NCBI GenBank assembly: GCA_964035545.1
Contig: OZ037765.1
Coordinates: forward strand, 15,872,995-15,936,994
Reading direction: 5' to 3'
DNA from: Bugula neritina
Lineage: Eukaryota; Animalia; Bryozoa
DNA length: 64,000 nucleotides
The position numbers and the translations under genes were made by a program. How positions within the stretch are numbered: position 1 is the first letter of the stretch; each line of letters starts with the position of its first letter. Positions 24,750 to 36,733 of the stretch are shown in pieces. Under the pieces are notes generated by a model. That model did no database searches, was not told the DNA's origin, and was given only the letters and a program-made list of their open reading frames with translations.

Positions 24750-26600
24750 CTGTGACTGCACGGATAATTATACTTTAAATACTATAACCAACAGTATATT
24801 AATAATACTACACTTATAGTTTTACAGTTATACTTGTCTTATAGTTATACTATACTAATACTGTATATAAAAATAACATGATAATCGTAATGCCCATTGA
24901 CTGGTAACTGGTAATTTACTAATCATGATTATATTCATATTTTTATTCATAATCATAATGATTATAATTATTATATAACTATAATAATAATAATCATATT
25001 CATTATCCATACATTTTGATGTAGTCTTACACTTACACAGCATAACTTACAGACTACAGTCAATCACTGACAATGTGAATCACTGAATGCGATAGTCATC
25101 TTAGTCATACTCATAGTCAATTATCTGTGCTAGTTATACTGTGACTCATAGCCAAAGCCATAATGATAGTGATATTAATATAGTCACGGTGAAGGTGCAG
25201 CATTAGACAGTTACTGCTAGACTAAGCCATAGTGATACCGATTAGATTTACTTTTACCTTCACTCACTTACTGGCACTGGTAGAACTAGAAGCAAAGTGA
25301 AAAACTATAGGACTACTAGTACTACATCTACTAGTAGCACTAGGGTCTAGGAGTGAGTATCAGTATGACTATGACTATCACTATGAGTATCACTATCACT
25401 ATAACTATAATAAGCATAACTATAAATGTATAACTATAACATTACTATAACTATAAGACGTATAAGTTTCACTTGCAGTTAGTCATAGCCATAGTAATAC
25501 TGATAGTGCTACACTTTGACTTTAGACTTACACTTACAGTATCAGTATGACTCTAAGTCTATGGCTATCACTATGACTATCACTATGACTATGAGTATGA
25601 CTATCATTATCAATATCACTATAATTTAGTTGGTAGTGCAACTGTTATGAGTAATTGTAAGTGTATCACTATTACTGCCACTCTCATTATCACATTCAGT
25701 GACTATGAGTATGAGTATGAGTATCAGTATCACCATCAGTGAGACTCATACTGATAGTGATGCTCATACTGACAGTTAAACTTAATGTTATTGTTAATAA
25801 TAATCATTAATCATAATGATAATCATAATCATAATGATAATGTTATTAATTGTTATTGACTTATTGTTAATGTTGTAAGTATAACAAATAATAAACAATA
25901 ACTATATAATAATATATAAAAAAAATTCTCAGAGTTGGCCATACTATTATTAATGGTAATAACATTACTGATATTCACTGACATATTGATATTATAATAA
26001 TAATTATTATTATCATTAATAAAAGGTATTTCAATGAGTCTGGACTTGGGTTTAAAATTTCGTGTTGTAGCACCCATTAAAACCATTTAGTTAGCATATC
26101 CGGGAAAACAAGGCGCGCGATGTTACTTTTTTGATTCCGCTGCTACCATTAGCAACAAGTAGTAGCAGTAGTAGAGTAGAGTACTACTACTAGTAATACT
26201 AGTAATTGTAGTAGTACTAGTACTACTAGTAGTTGTACTTGTAGTAGTACTACCGCTAATAGTACTAGTAGTAATACTTATAGTTAATGTTATAGTTATA
26301 CTAAATAGTAAATACTAATACTAATAGTAATACCTAATCTTATAGTTATACTTATAGTTATAGTTATAGTTACATTAGTTATACTTATAGTAATACTAAT
26401 ACTAATAGTAACTCACTTCGTAAAAATTAGAACGCTCTGCTAACATCTACTGTGATCTACAAGCGCAAAATTATGAGTAATACTAATAATAACACTAATT
26501 GTAATTGTATTTGTACGTATTCGTAAGTATAATTATAACAGTATAACTATAACTTATAGTATAAGAGTTAATAAGTATGCTATAGATGTATTCAAGTATT
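24750..26600. repeat. Cryptic tri/hexanucleotide low-complexity tract (ACTATG, AGTATC, TAG, TAA variants)
   Basis: Period-3/6 degenerate repeats such as GACTATCACTATGACTATGAGTATGACTATC and TAGTAGTACTAGTACTACTAG. Confidence 0.75.
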
Positions 26601-27264
26601 ATTTTATATTTGACATTTTGTATGCTATACCACTACAATATAGTATACTACAGATATAGCATCCTAATTCCCTGCAACCTTAGTTAGGGCTTAATATTGT
26701 TTTGTATTGAATACTTCCATGTATTCTATCTTTTCCCCATTTATAATATCTCTTTACTTCCATACATAGTGTAGGCCTACTATACCTATAGAATAACGGT
26801 AACATTAAATAGACACACACTTACGAGGCTATACACCATGATACAGGACATACAACTAATTACTGGAGATAGTACATCATTAGCCCTGAAAGTATACTTC
26901 CACATGATGTTTCGCAACAGGACTTCTAGCCTAAGGATTATAGCACTTCGCTCTTTAGCTATAAGATACTTATCACTTTCGTACCTTACCTTTTATGTTG
27001 AGTGACGGAGCTCTGGCTACAAGAAGTAAGCAGTGAGAGAACCTTCTGTATTAAACGTGGCAGCTTTGGTACAGGATTCCAGATCTCTTGTACACTAGAG
27101 TCCGTCGTAAGCAGATGTGACTGAAGAGAAGAATAATACCGGTAAGTGCGATACCAACTATCAACGCGTTACAGTTATACATATGTAGAATATTCTAATT
27201 GTATGCATACCCTGTGTTATATTAGGTACTTAGTAGTTGAAAACCCCCAGTACTCAATATAACA
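26600..27264 (+). mobile_element. Possible solo LTR
   Basis: Ends in AATATAACA and is flanked by an AGTAT direct repeat. Contains TATA-like and ATTAAA motifs and is more complex than the surrounding tract. The left end is degenerate (TA instead of TG). Confidence 0.35.
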
Positions 27265-27544
27265 AGTATAACTATAAGTATAACAATTTGAATTTGAATT
27301 TCAAATAGTAGTTATGATAATCATAATTAAAGCATAATAACAATGAAATTGAATAATTATGATGATGATAAATTTTATATTTATAATAATTATAATTTAT
27401 AATGATGACTTTAATTATAATACTAATTGACAATTTGGAATGCAATTTAACTTACATTATCATTATAATTATCACTATCATTATGAATATGACTTACTCT
27501 TATACTTTGATTTGTTATCATTATCAGTTGATTTATTATTATTA

Positions 27545-28466
27545 CCTTGCTCCGGGAAGCCAGAGGGTTGCAGTGCGAAGAACGCTATCGTCAAACTTGG
27601 CGGTTAACTCAAGGTTGCCACAGGGCTCAGTGATGGGGGCCCCACATTGTTTCTCGTATACACAAATGATCTGCCAAAAGCTGTAACATGTAGTGTTAGT
27701 TTGTATGCTGATGACCCCCTTACTTTACTCAGGAGTTAACGACGAAGGTAGGCACCGCTTTCAGAAAAATATTGATTGGTCCACCAAGTAAAAAATGCCA
27801 TTTAACACTGATAAGTATAAAGTTATTACATTTCGCAAAGGGCCATTTGCAAATCCCTCAGTAACCCTCTCTTCAATGTGTTAAACTGACCATGTACCTC
27901 GGTATAGAAATGCAATCATGCTTAAAGTTTAAGAAACATACAAAATCAAGAGTGCGTCTAAACTCATTGGCTGTATTAGTGTATAAAATACACCCTATAT
28001 GAAGCAACCATGAGAGTAAGTTGCTTGCGTATACTAGTCTCTGCCGCCAATCCTTGAATACGGTGATACCTTTTGGGACCCAACTTAGAATAACAGTTTC
28101 AATGCTATTGAGCATGTACAATCTCAAGCAGTTCGCTTTATCAAAAACATCAAGACTAGGTGTGGAGTAACTGAAGGTCGAATGCAACTAAAGCTTAAAC
28201 CACTATGAAACACGAAATTCACACAAGTTATCATTACTGATGAGAATATTTTCAATTGAAACCAGGCACAAGACCCATGTCTCAGCATGTGATGAGCTGG
28301 TTACCAGTAGAAGCCAGACAACTATGATCACACGAGCTGCAAACAGAGGAGAATCAATCTCAATATACGCATCGAGTCAGACACGTTGCAGCAGCTTCCT
28401 TCCGAGCAGCGTGCAGGACCTTAACACTCGACAATAAACAGCTGTAGCTCATCATCATCATCATCA
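27545..28466 (+). mobile_element. 5'-truncated, degenerate LINE (CR1/L2-like RT 3' half)
   Basis: SQRVAV...LPQGSVMG...NDLP...LYADD and YLG remnants; the 3' end has AATAAA followed by a (CAT)n tail. Confidence 0.8.
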
Positions 28467-30684
28467 GCTGTCCGTCCGACGATGACTGTTTCCTATTTAT
28501 CATGGATCTCTAACCCTCCCTCTGCTTGCTAAGAGTCTGCCAGCTGCCAATTGGAATCTGCTTTGCTTTGAGATTTCAGCTGTAGCTACTGGAAACATTA
28601 TATCAAAGCAATCTGAAATCTACAATCATTTCAGCACATACTCGCACAGAATTTATCCCAAACAAAATTGTTTAGGCATCCAACCTTAAAACAGTATGTA
28701 GATGAAAACTAATATAAGTGAAGTGTGTCAGGGATTCTTTAAGCATTCGTAATATACCCAAAATAATTAACTACTTATGCTTTATCATTTTAACTGTAAA
28801 TAATTAGCATTAACAAATTACTTTACTCTTTGTCTAAGTGACTGGAGAACACAGCTATTCTGGTGATTGTCTAAGATTCTTAATTTCACTGTTGTGCTTC
28901 TGTTACTCTCTTCTCTTCTAATTTTCAGAAGCAGATATATATTACCACGTCTCCATTGCTTTGCTTTGGGCAAATGGACTTTTTATTCAATGTTTGGAAA
29001 CAGTTACATTGAATGAAACCACAACCATAAGTTAATGCAAATCACAAATGCAAATTGAAAGCAGTGTATATCCAAAAAAGAGAAATGGTAAATTGTAAAT
29101 TTCACATTTAAAACAGTTAACTGAGTAAAGTGCTAGCAATTTGGGAAATAAGTCTAAGCTAATGCTTTTCTAACTACTATGTTGATGAGAATCAAACTTG
29201 ATTTGATTATTAGCTAAGCCATTAGGAGATTTGAAAAAAGGTTTATATCGGGAAGATGCTAAAAGTTTTCCCAGCAAAACTTTTCATTAGCATCAAATTC
29301 GAAATGGATTCAACAGTTCATCATATTTTAGGACACAAGGACAGCATAAGAAATTGGCTACTTTGTCAGTGATAAATGGAAGACATATAATACTGGAATC
29401 TGTGCTCTATGTAAATTAGATCGTTACAAAATTACTACATCTTTCTTGATAATGATTTGAATCACAAAGCTTAACAACTTTTATTCATAATAGAAAGGTT
29501 CAAATCTCACAACTATGGTTTTATTTGTTTGCTTGGATTTGATTTGAAAAAACGCATTTTTAGCAAAACTTTTCTAATGCAGGCTTTTTAAAATTATCCT
29601 GCTGACAAGTAGCAATGCTTGTTGAAGCCATACATTGAGTCAACTAGGTTGTTTTGTTTTCCTATTTGTAATGACAGCAGTTATAAATGTTATTGTAGTA
29701 GCCTAAATAATGTAGTCAAAATATAATACATTGTCATGTCGGTAATGTTACACCAAACTTTGAGTAACACACATTTCCCATTCTGCTAAAAGTACGTAAA
29801 AGCAATATGGTAATCCTGCTATTCAAAAATAGTGAATTATATATTCGCCAAATCTTTAACACATAGGTAAATAGGTGACTTTTTTCATTGCTAATAAATA
29901 CAGTACCAAGTGATTCATGCAACACCTAATGCCTTGACCCGTAGATTTGCAAAGTACTTAAAGCAATTTATTGTATACTCTTTTTATTTATCAAGAACTA
30001 AAGTGCATTAATTTTGCTCTGCAGTGAGGTATTTCTTTTTGCTTAGATTTTATATAATTAGTTTGAAGTTGAACGTAGACTGATTTCTATGGCAAACAAG
30101 ATGTGAGGCTGTTATAATCTGCTGTGTTGAAGGTTTTATAGGAATGATGGATCCATTTGAAGTCAGCTCATTATTATTTATGACAATTTTTTGTTTAGGC
30201 TTGTCTAGTAGAAATGCAGATATATACATGAAACATTTGGAGCATATCTTTAATGATACTGGGTAAACTGTAATCTTGGTCTGTTTAAAATATGTTATGT
30301 TGAGCTCAAAAATAAACTATACCAGGAGCATCCTCTCCATCCAAGTTAGTTTTTGGCAATTTGTTTTAGTTTTATATAAGACCATTTGTAATCTTATTGC
30401 TTGGCACCTCCAGTAATCAATGCTATATAGGTAATATTAAGATACAGGTGTATCTAGATATATCCCTGGTTTAATATAGTTTAAGTATTTCCTTTTTTTT
30501 ACAGATGTAATAAAAATAGCATGCCTGTTGTGAGGTTCCAACCTTTTCAACTCACCTGTGCGATTTCAGTCTTTATCCATTACACCACATCACACCAAAA
30601 TGAAAGCTGGAAAATGCTACTTAAGGTACATATGAATTGCCTGCATGGAGCAAAAGACTATTAATGACATATTTGAAACTCAAG

Positions 30685-30860
30685 AAGTTTATGGGTGCCA
30701 TCCCTGTGAAAAAACCCCTGATGGAAGGGTTTTTTTAAAATCTGGCCAAGGACTTATTCAGATAGGGCACAAAAGCCATTATGACTGGATGCTTTTCCTA
30801 ACATCACCAATGACCTTTGTTGGGTTCGAATCTATAACTCTGTGCTTACTAGACCACATT
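30685..30860 (-). mobile_element. tRNA-derived SINE copy
   Basis: Reverse complement matches the 51254-51466 body (GGTGATGTTAGGAAAAGCATCCAGTCATAA...CCATCAGGGG). Confidence 0.8.
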
Positions 30861-31250
30861 TAAAGTAACACATAAATTTCTTGAAAGTTTTCCTAATTTT
30901 AATTAATCATCTTTCAAATTTCAATGGGAACATGTCAACAGCTATCCCTGAAGCAGACTTTTATGCTACATTATGCTGTCATTGCACAGTCAAGTTTAAG
31001 TCTTTTCAAGCCATTTTCTTGGTATTGTAAATTATTAGCTTTGTTTATACAAATTATAATGTGTGTCAACAAAAAAGCAGAAAATTAATCAGATAATTTA
31101 TCAAACGAAGTATTAAAAAATATCAACAGTGAAACTAATTTTCTTAATATAACTTAAATTGATGGAAATAGATTATTCAATTTGGGGAATTTAAGCTCAT
31201 TTAAATCATCAAGATATTCTCTCTGTTGCTTGTATGGTTCATATTTGAAC

Positions 31251-31728
31251 CAGGGTTGGGGTCAATTATATATAAATGTAATTAATTACAATTACATGAG
31301 AATTTTTCAATTACAATTATAATTACAGTTAAAATAAATGTAATTAATTACAATTACATGGTAATTACTTTTGTTCTCACAAGAGACAAATAAAAGTTAT
31401 ATAATCTCACTGCTGGGGTCCAACTACTAGGGGCAATTTTGACAACTGAAGACCTTCTTTGTTCTCAACAGTAACCCATAGGGTGATAAATACTATATTA
31501 AATTAATCTGAACTTTTTATATAACAGTAGGCAAGGCAGGAAAAATATGAAGGTTCTAAGATTTGAAAATTTGAAGTAATTGTCATGTAATCATAAAGTA
31601 ATTGTAAAATTAAATTACATTAGCAATGTAATTAATTACAATTACATTTTTATTCATCAATTACAAATTACATTCAATTACTTGAAAAATGTAATTAATT
31701 ACAGCCAATTACAATTACCCCAACCCTG
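31251..31728. mobile_element. Non-autonomous hAT element
   Basis: TIR CAGGGTTGGGG...CCCCAACCCTG, 8-bp TSD ATTTGAAC/ATTTAAAC, and subterminal GTAATT/AATTAC arrays. Confidence 0.88.
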
Positions 31729-32929
31729 ATTTAAACCATTTATTTACTTAGCATGTATACTTTGCACATTTATGGTTCTATTTGTGTAATAGTAATACTT
31801 GGGACATAAACTTTAGTGAAGCAAATTTAGGAGGTACTTTCCCAAATTGTGAAATGATGGGTTTTTGTGTACATGTAATGGCAATCTATTGAATGGCATA
31901 AAGAAAACATAACAATAAAATATTATATAAGTAAAACCAAACCAATAAAAAGACAATCTGCAATCCTTCAAATTTTATTGTATTAGCTATACTGACAACT
32001 TACAAATAACAAGAGTGTACTGTATGTCCTAGCTCATACAAAAACTAATTTATATAGATTCACAACTTTACTTAACTACACCAAACACAATTTATGACAA
32101 GGTGCACTCTAAATAAAGTGATTCCCTCTTTAGACTTTCTCTTAATGTTAATAATCGTGTTCTCTGTTATAGCTGTCGGTCTGGTAAGGCTCTAAAGTTT
32201 TTGAAGATATTGACTGTCGCTGCTGAAGGTTTGGTTGGGAAGACTGCATGTTAAAGTCCAAGAAAGGATGGCAACGTGTTGGCTTATTTATTTCTGGACC
32301 TTTGCAGGTTATAATATATGAACTAACACCAATACTATCCCAAAACCAATAGTCTAAAATGTAAATATTAGGCTATAAATATATATGTAAAAAGTCAGAA
32401 TGTATCAGCCATCATTGTTCATGTGCTGAATTTCCTAATGTGTTTCCAACTGCATTAAAGTTGCATGGCTCATTAAACATACTATCATATTTTATGTCAT
32501 TGTATAATATGTTTTATATGGCTGTATATATGATATATTACTATTAAATTCATTTTTTTCATCAACAAATATGATGTTCTTGTAAAAAGGCTAAAACCAC
32601 AAATTCTAAGCATTGATATGTCATGCAGCCTAATGTTACTAATACCATAACTACTGTATAGACTATAGAATATAGACTTCAATATCTTACCAAGAATATC
32701 AGTGCTGTTTCACATTTGTAAAATCTAAGACTGAATTTACCTGTTTGTGGCAAACATCAGTTAATGTATAATTTATTACCTGTGAGCATTTTCTATGCCA
32801 TAGTGTTGTAACATTCAACTAATCTTGATTGACACATATTAGCTTCAGTTATATTCAATTAATCTATCTAAATTGCTTTGAAGTAGCACGATATGTTATT
32901 CCTCTTATATGTTTTAGATATATATATAC

Positions 32930-33345
32930 CAGCGTCATCTATTCAGAGTGCTGACTTCAAGAAATTATGGACATCATTATGCCGCGTTCTGTGCCGCGAG
33001 TTTATATAAGTTATAAAAGGAAAATTTTGCCACTTTTGTTATTTTATTATTTTTTTTATTTTATGTGTACATTATCTTAGTTTTGTTTATTGGTATAGTT
33101 TTTAAACACATTTTTATGCATATAGAATTGAAAAAAATTTTAAAACTCACTCATGCACGTATATACAAAGCTATAAAGTTTAAGTTTCGCTGTGATTACA
33201 AGGTGAATATGAATAGATGAATGGTTGCAATAACCATTTTACATGAAATACATTACAATTGCTATAAATATAAGACTAGTGAATTGGATGCAAATAGGCA
33301 TAGTAATACTATTTGATTTATCTAATTTATGCTATTTTTAAAATT
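32930..33345 (+). mobile_element. End fragment of a dispersed DNA-transposon-like repeat (same family as 60852-61215 and 63005-63368)
   Basis: Alignable over ~370 bp (ATTCAGAGTG...GGAAAATTTTGCCACTTTT...GCAATAACCATTTTACA). Confidence 0.75.
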
Positions 33346-33364
33346 TTTAGTAAATAATTGGCAT

Positions 33365-33390
33365 GTGTATTATGTATGTATGTATATATG

Positions 33391-33472
<82 letters not shown>
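33365..33472. repeat. (TA)n/(TATG)n microsatellite
   Basis: TA run. Confidence 0.95.
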
Positions 33473-33474
<2 letters not shown>

Positions 33475-33599
33475 GTATGCTGATTGTCAATCTAGTTGGA
33501 GTTCCAGCAAAGTAAAGTGCTCGATATCACGGGTGACAGAGCTAATATAATGTAGTGTGTTCAGATTGTTAATGATACATATATATTTTATTTAAAAAA

Positions 33600-33652
33600 T
33601 CTTACACGACTATATAGTTTCGTGCAGTAAACTGCACTCCTCAGGTGTTAGA
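33600..33652 (-). ncRNA. Hammerhead ribozyme (PLE2 family)
   Basis: CUGAGGA GUGCAG-UUUA-CUGCAC GAAA CUAUAUAG UC on the minus strand. Confidence 0.9.
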
Positions 33653-34055
33653 CTAAAAATAAATAAAATCTATGAAGCATACCGATTATTCAAATTTTTA
33701 CATAAAGAAAATTATCATGCTAAACACAACGTAAAACGAAATGCAAACATAGTAGTGGATTTGGTGTTATCTATTAATTAATTAAATTGCTCTTTTTCTA
33801 AAGGATTAAACTATAAAAGCTAACAATACTAACAACTCTCAACCATAGTACTACCTATTATAAATTAGCCTTTCCATCAAACATCTAGCTTTTATAGTTT
33901 AATCCTTTAGAAAAAGAGCAATTTAATTAATTAATAGATAACACCAAATCCACTACTATGTTTGCATTTCGTTTTACGTTGTGTTTAGCATGATAATTTT
34001 CTTTATGTAAAAATTTGAATAATCGGTATGCTTCATAGATTTTATTTATTTTTAG

Positions 34056-34108
34056 TCTAACACCTGACGAGTGCAGTTTACTGCACGAAACTATATAGTC
34101 GTGTAAGA
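34056..34108 (+). ncRNA. Hammerhead ribozyme (PLE2 family)
   Basis: TCTAACAC CTGACGA GTGCAG TTTA CTGCAC GAAA CTATATAG TC GTGTAAGA on the plus strand. Confidence 0.92.
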
Positions 34109-34156
34109 TTTTTTAAATAAAATATATATGTATCATTAACAATCTGAACACACTAC

Positions 34157-34159
<3 letters not shown>

Positions 34160-34221
<62 letters not shown>

Positions 34222-34270
34222 ATGTATATATATTTATGTGTATATATTTATGTATATATATTTATATATA
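34160..34270. repeat. (TA)n microsatellite
   Basis: TA run, degenerate at the right end. Confidence 0.9.
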
Positions 34271-34346
34271 TCTTTACGAGCTAGCAATTTAATTATAAAT
34301 AAATATACGAGAAACATTGTTGTTTTATTACTTTATTACGCAAAGT

Positions 34347-34397
34347 AATTATACTTATATTTCGGGCACCACTGTGCCCATTTTCAGAGTAGCAATT
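34347..34397 (-). ncRNA. Variant minimal hammerhead-like motif (third family)
   Basis: Minus strand reads AAUUGCUACU CUGAAAAU GGGCAC-AGUG-GUGCCC GAAA UAUA AGUAUAAUU. Stem II is a perfect 6 bp and stem I can pair, but the core deviates (G8>A, one extra nt). Confidence 0.6.
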
Positions 34398-34997
34398 GTC
34401 AAACAAAAATAAAATAATATTATTTTAATATATATATATTTAATAATTTATAAACTTATTAAAATATGTATATATTGTCAAACGAAAATAAAATAAAATA
34501 AATTCTTTTATAACAATAACTTTAATAATATTTAATAGTTTATAAACTTATTGAAATATTTGTATATTTATATTTATTACTTGAATGAAAATAAATTTTC
34601 GCTTGATAATTGATTCAAGGGGAGACAATTAACAATTAGATATTACTAGAATGATTTTGCTTTTGAAATTAGTGTCTGCAATTCAATAACTGTAGAATAA
34701 AAATATAGGAGTTATCTCCGCTCGACAAATGTTTATTAATGGTTTGGTTTGGCAATATTATTTATGTATAAACAATATGTGTGGTTCTATATGTATTGTG
34801 TAATGGTAGCACTCAGGTTATAAATTTCGTGAGACAAATTTAGGACCTGCCTCTCCAGAAATGAATAAAACTATGGATTTTGCATGCGTTTTAAAATATC
34901 TATTTGATAATAATATGGAAACAAAATTATAAGACAAGAAAAATTATTATAATAACCAAACCCAAAAGAAATAAAACAAATATATATATATGTATAT

Positions 34998-36733
34998 CCT
35001 AGCGACCCTTTGAAATCCCGCTGTGTATAATATACTGGCAACAAAAATTGATCAGCCTGTTAAACATAAATTTGGTGTAACTTAAAAGATCAAACAATTC
35101 CAAGACAGTTTCCTCAAACAACCTATGTAACTCAATAAATTCCCAATGTCAACAATATTCCTTCAAATGTAATTTATGCAACTTCAAAGTAAATTTTCAA
35201 TTCAATGATGACTTCTCTAAGTACAAGTTATACAGTAATAAAACAAACAATAATAAAAATTAGTACATCACAAGAAAAATAAATCAAGTTACTTACAATG
35301 GAACTTCTCAGTCCGAAATTGATTAGATTTAATTCAGTTAAATATGTTCTAAATTATTTCACACAAAACTAAATACACTGTGATTCCTTCGAGCCATTAA
35401 CGGCTTTTCTGATCGTCGAATGCTCCTCTGATCGTCGATTATGCTGTTGCTGCTTCTGTGCTGCCTTTTATAGTCGGGTTGTTTTGGATTTTGAGGTTGA
35501 TCAACCAAGTAAGTTGCTGGTTGGCCCGCAGCTTTCAGTTTAAAAAATGTAATAGGAAAGGAGTTGTTGATGAGAATTTCTTGACTTTGACCATATATAG
35601 ATCTTTAGAGATTATAAGTTATACCAGCATCATTTCTACCATGACTCATATTCTGGAATATATGTTTTATAATAAGATTATAATATATATATAATAATAT
35701 GTGCTAGTTGTTGTTCACGTGTTGACTTTGTAGATATTAGGTTTTATAGGTGAAGTAAACACCAGGTTATATCAAATTTGTATAATTCATCAAGTATATA
35801 ATTAACGTTAAATGTCATCTATATGTTAGTATGACTGAATAATCATATATGTCCCAGTTTTATTCATGTTTGTTTACCAATTAATGTTCATGTAAGACGA
35901 GGTTAAAATTACAAATCCCAACACGTGAACAAAACATGTATATGTAAAATTATCCCTATACCACAATTACTTGTATAATACCATATTACTAAGCATATTA
36001 TATTTGCATTATTCAAAGCACTGTAAATCATACGTTTAGTATATTAATGTTTAAAGCAATTTCCATGTAGTATCATGACGCCTAGCTCTTTTGCATATTT
36101 CAATTTTAGCTGTACTCAAGCTTCAAGTCCATTGCTTTCAGAATATGTATTTCACATTCTTTCTTGAATTTTGTAGATATACAGTGTAGTCTACATACCG
36201 TGACGGAATAGATCTAATAATTTATTGTTACTTCAACCTGTCACAGCAGTCATCTCCCTGAAAGTTTCAAGGAAGCAGGCAAGCCTCAGTACCAACGGAA
36301 GCCATAATTCAGCAAGTTGGAATATCTTAAAGGTATAACTTGTGAAATACAGAAGTAAGAGTTAAGCATATAAAAAGGGAAGAAAGCCCCATACATCTAT
36401 AATTATTTACTGTTTCAAGAATAGCATATTTTCCAAGAACTGACTTTCTAGGAACCAAATTATGGTTTATCACCACTATATCAGATTACATTTACTTGGT
36501 AAATTATTTACCACTCATAGCCTGCTCAAATTGTTGACTACACTATAATCACTACCAGCATATTATTCTCTGTAAATGTATTACATTATTGTGCAGTATC
36601 TACTCTGCAAAAACACAAAACACTATGCATTTTCCAATCTGATAATATTATCTCTGTAAATGTATTACATTATTGTGCAGTATCTACTCTGCAAAAACAT
36701 AAAACACTATGCATTTTCTGTTCTGACACAATG
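34998..36733. repeat. Near-identical direct duplicate of 16507-18174, with an internal ~85-bp tandem duplication near 36560-36725
   Basis: Direct sequence match. Confidence 0.92.

Larger units (their letters stand above)
33473..34160. mobile_element. ORF-less PLE2-family inverted pLTR pair (hairpin) between (TA)n tracts
   Basis: 33473-33822 matches ~19055-19410, and 33821-34160 is the reverse complement of 19130-19472. Arms 33548-33822 and 33886-34160 are mutually inverted. Confidence 0.88.

Noticed and set aside
31251-31728. CRISPR-like array of AATTAC repeats
   Set aside because: The context is eukaryotic and the spacing irregular; these are hAT subterminal repeats.
33329-33550. ORFs with (YI)n runs (also 16338-16553)
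   Set aside because: These are translations of (TA)n microsatellites.
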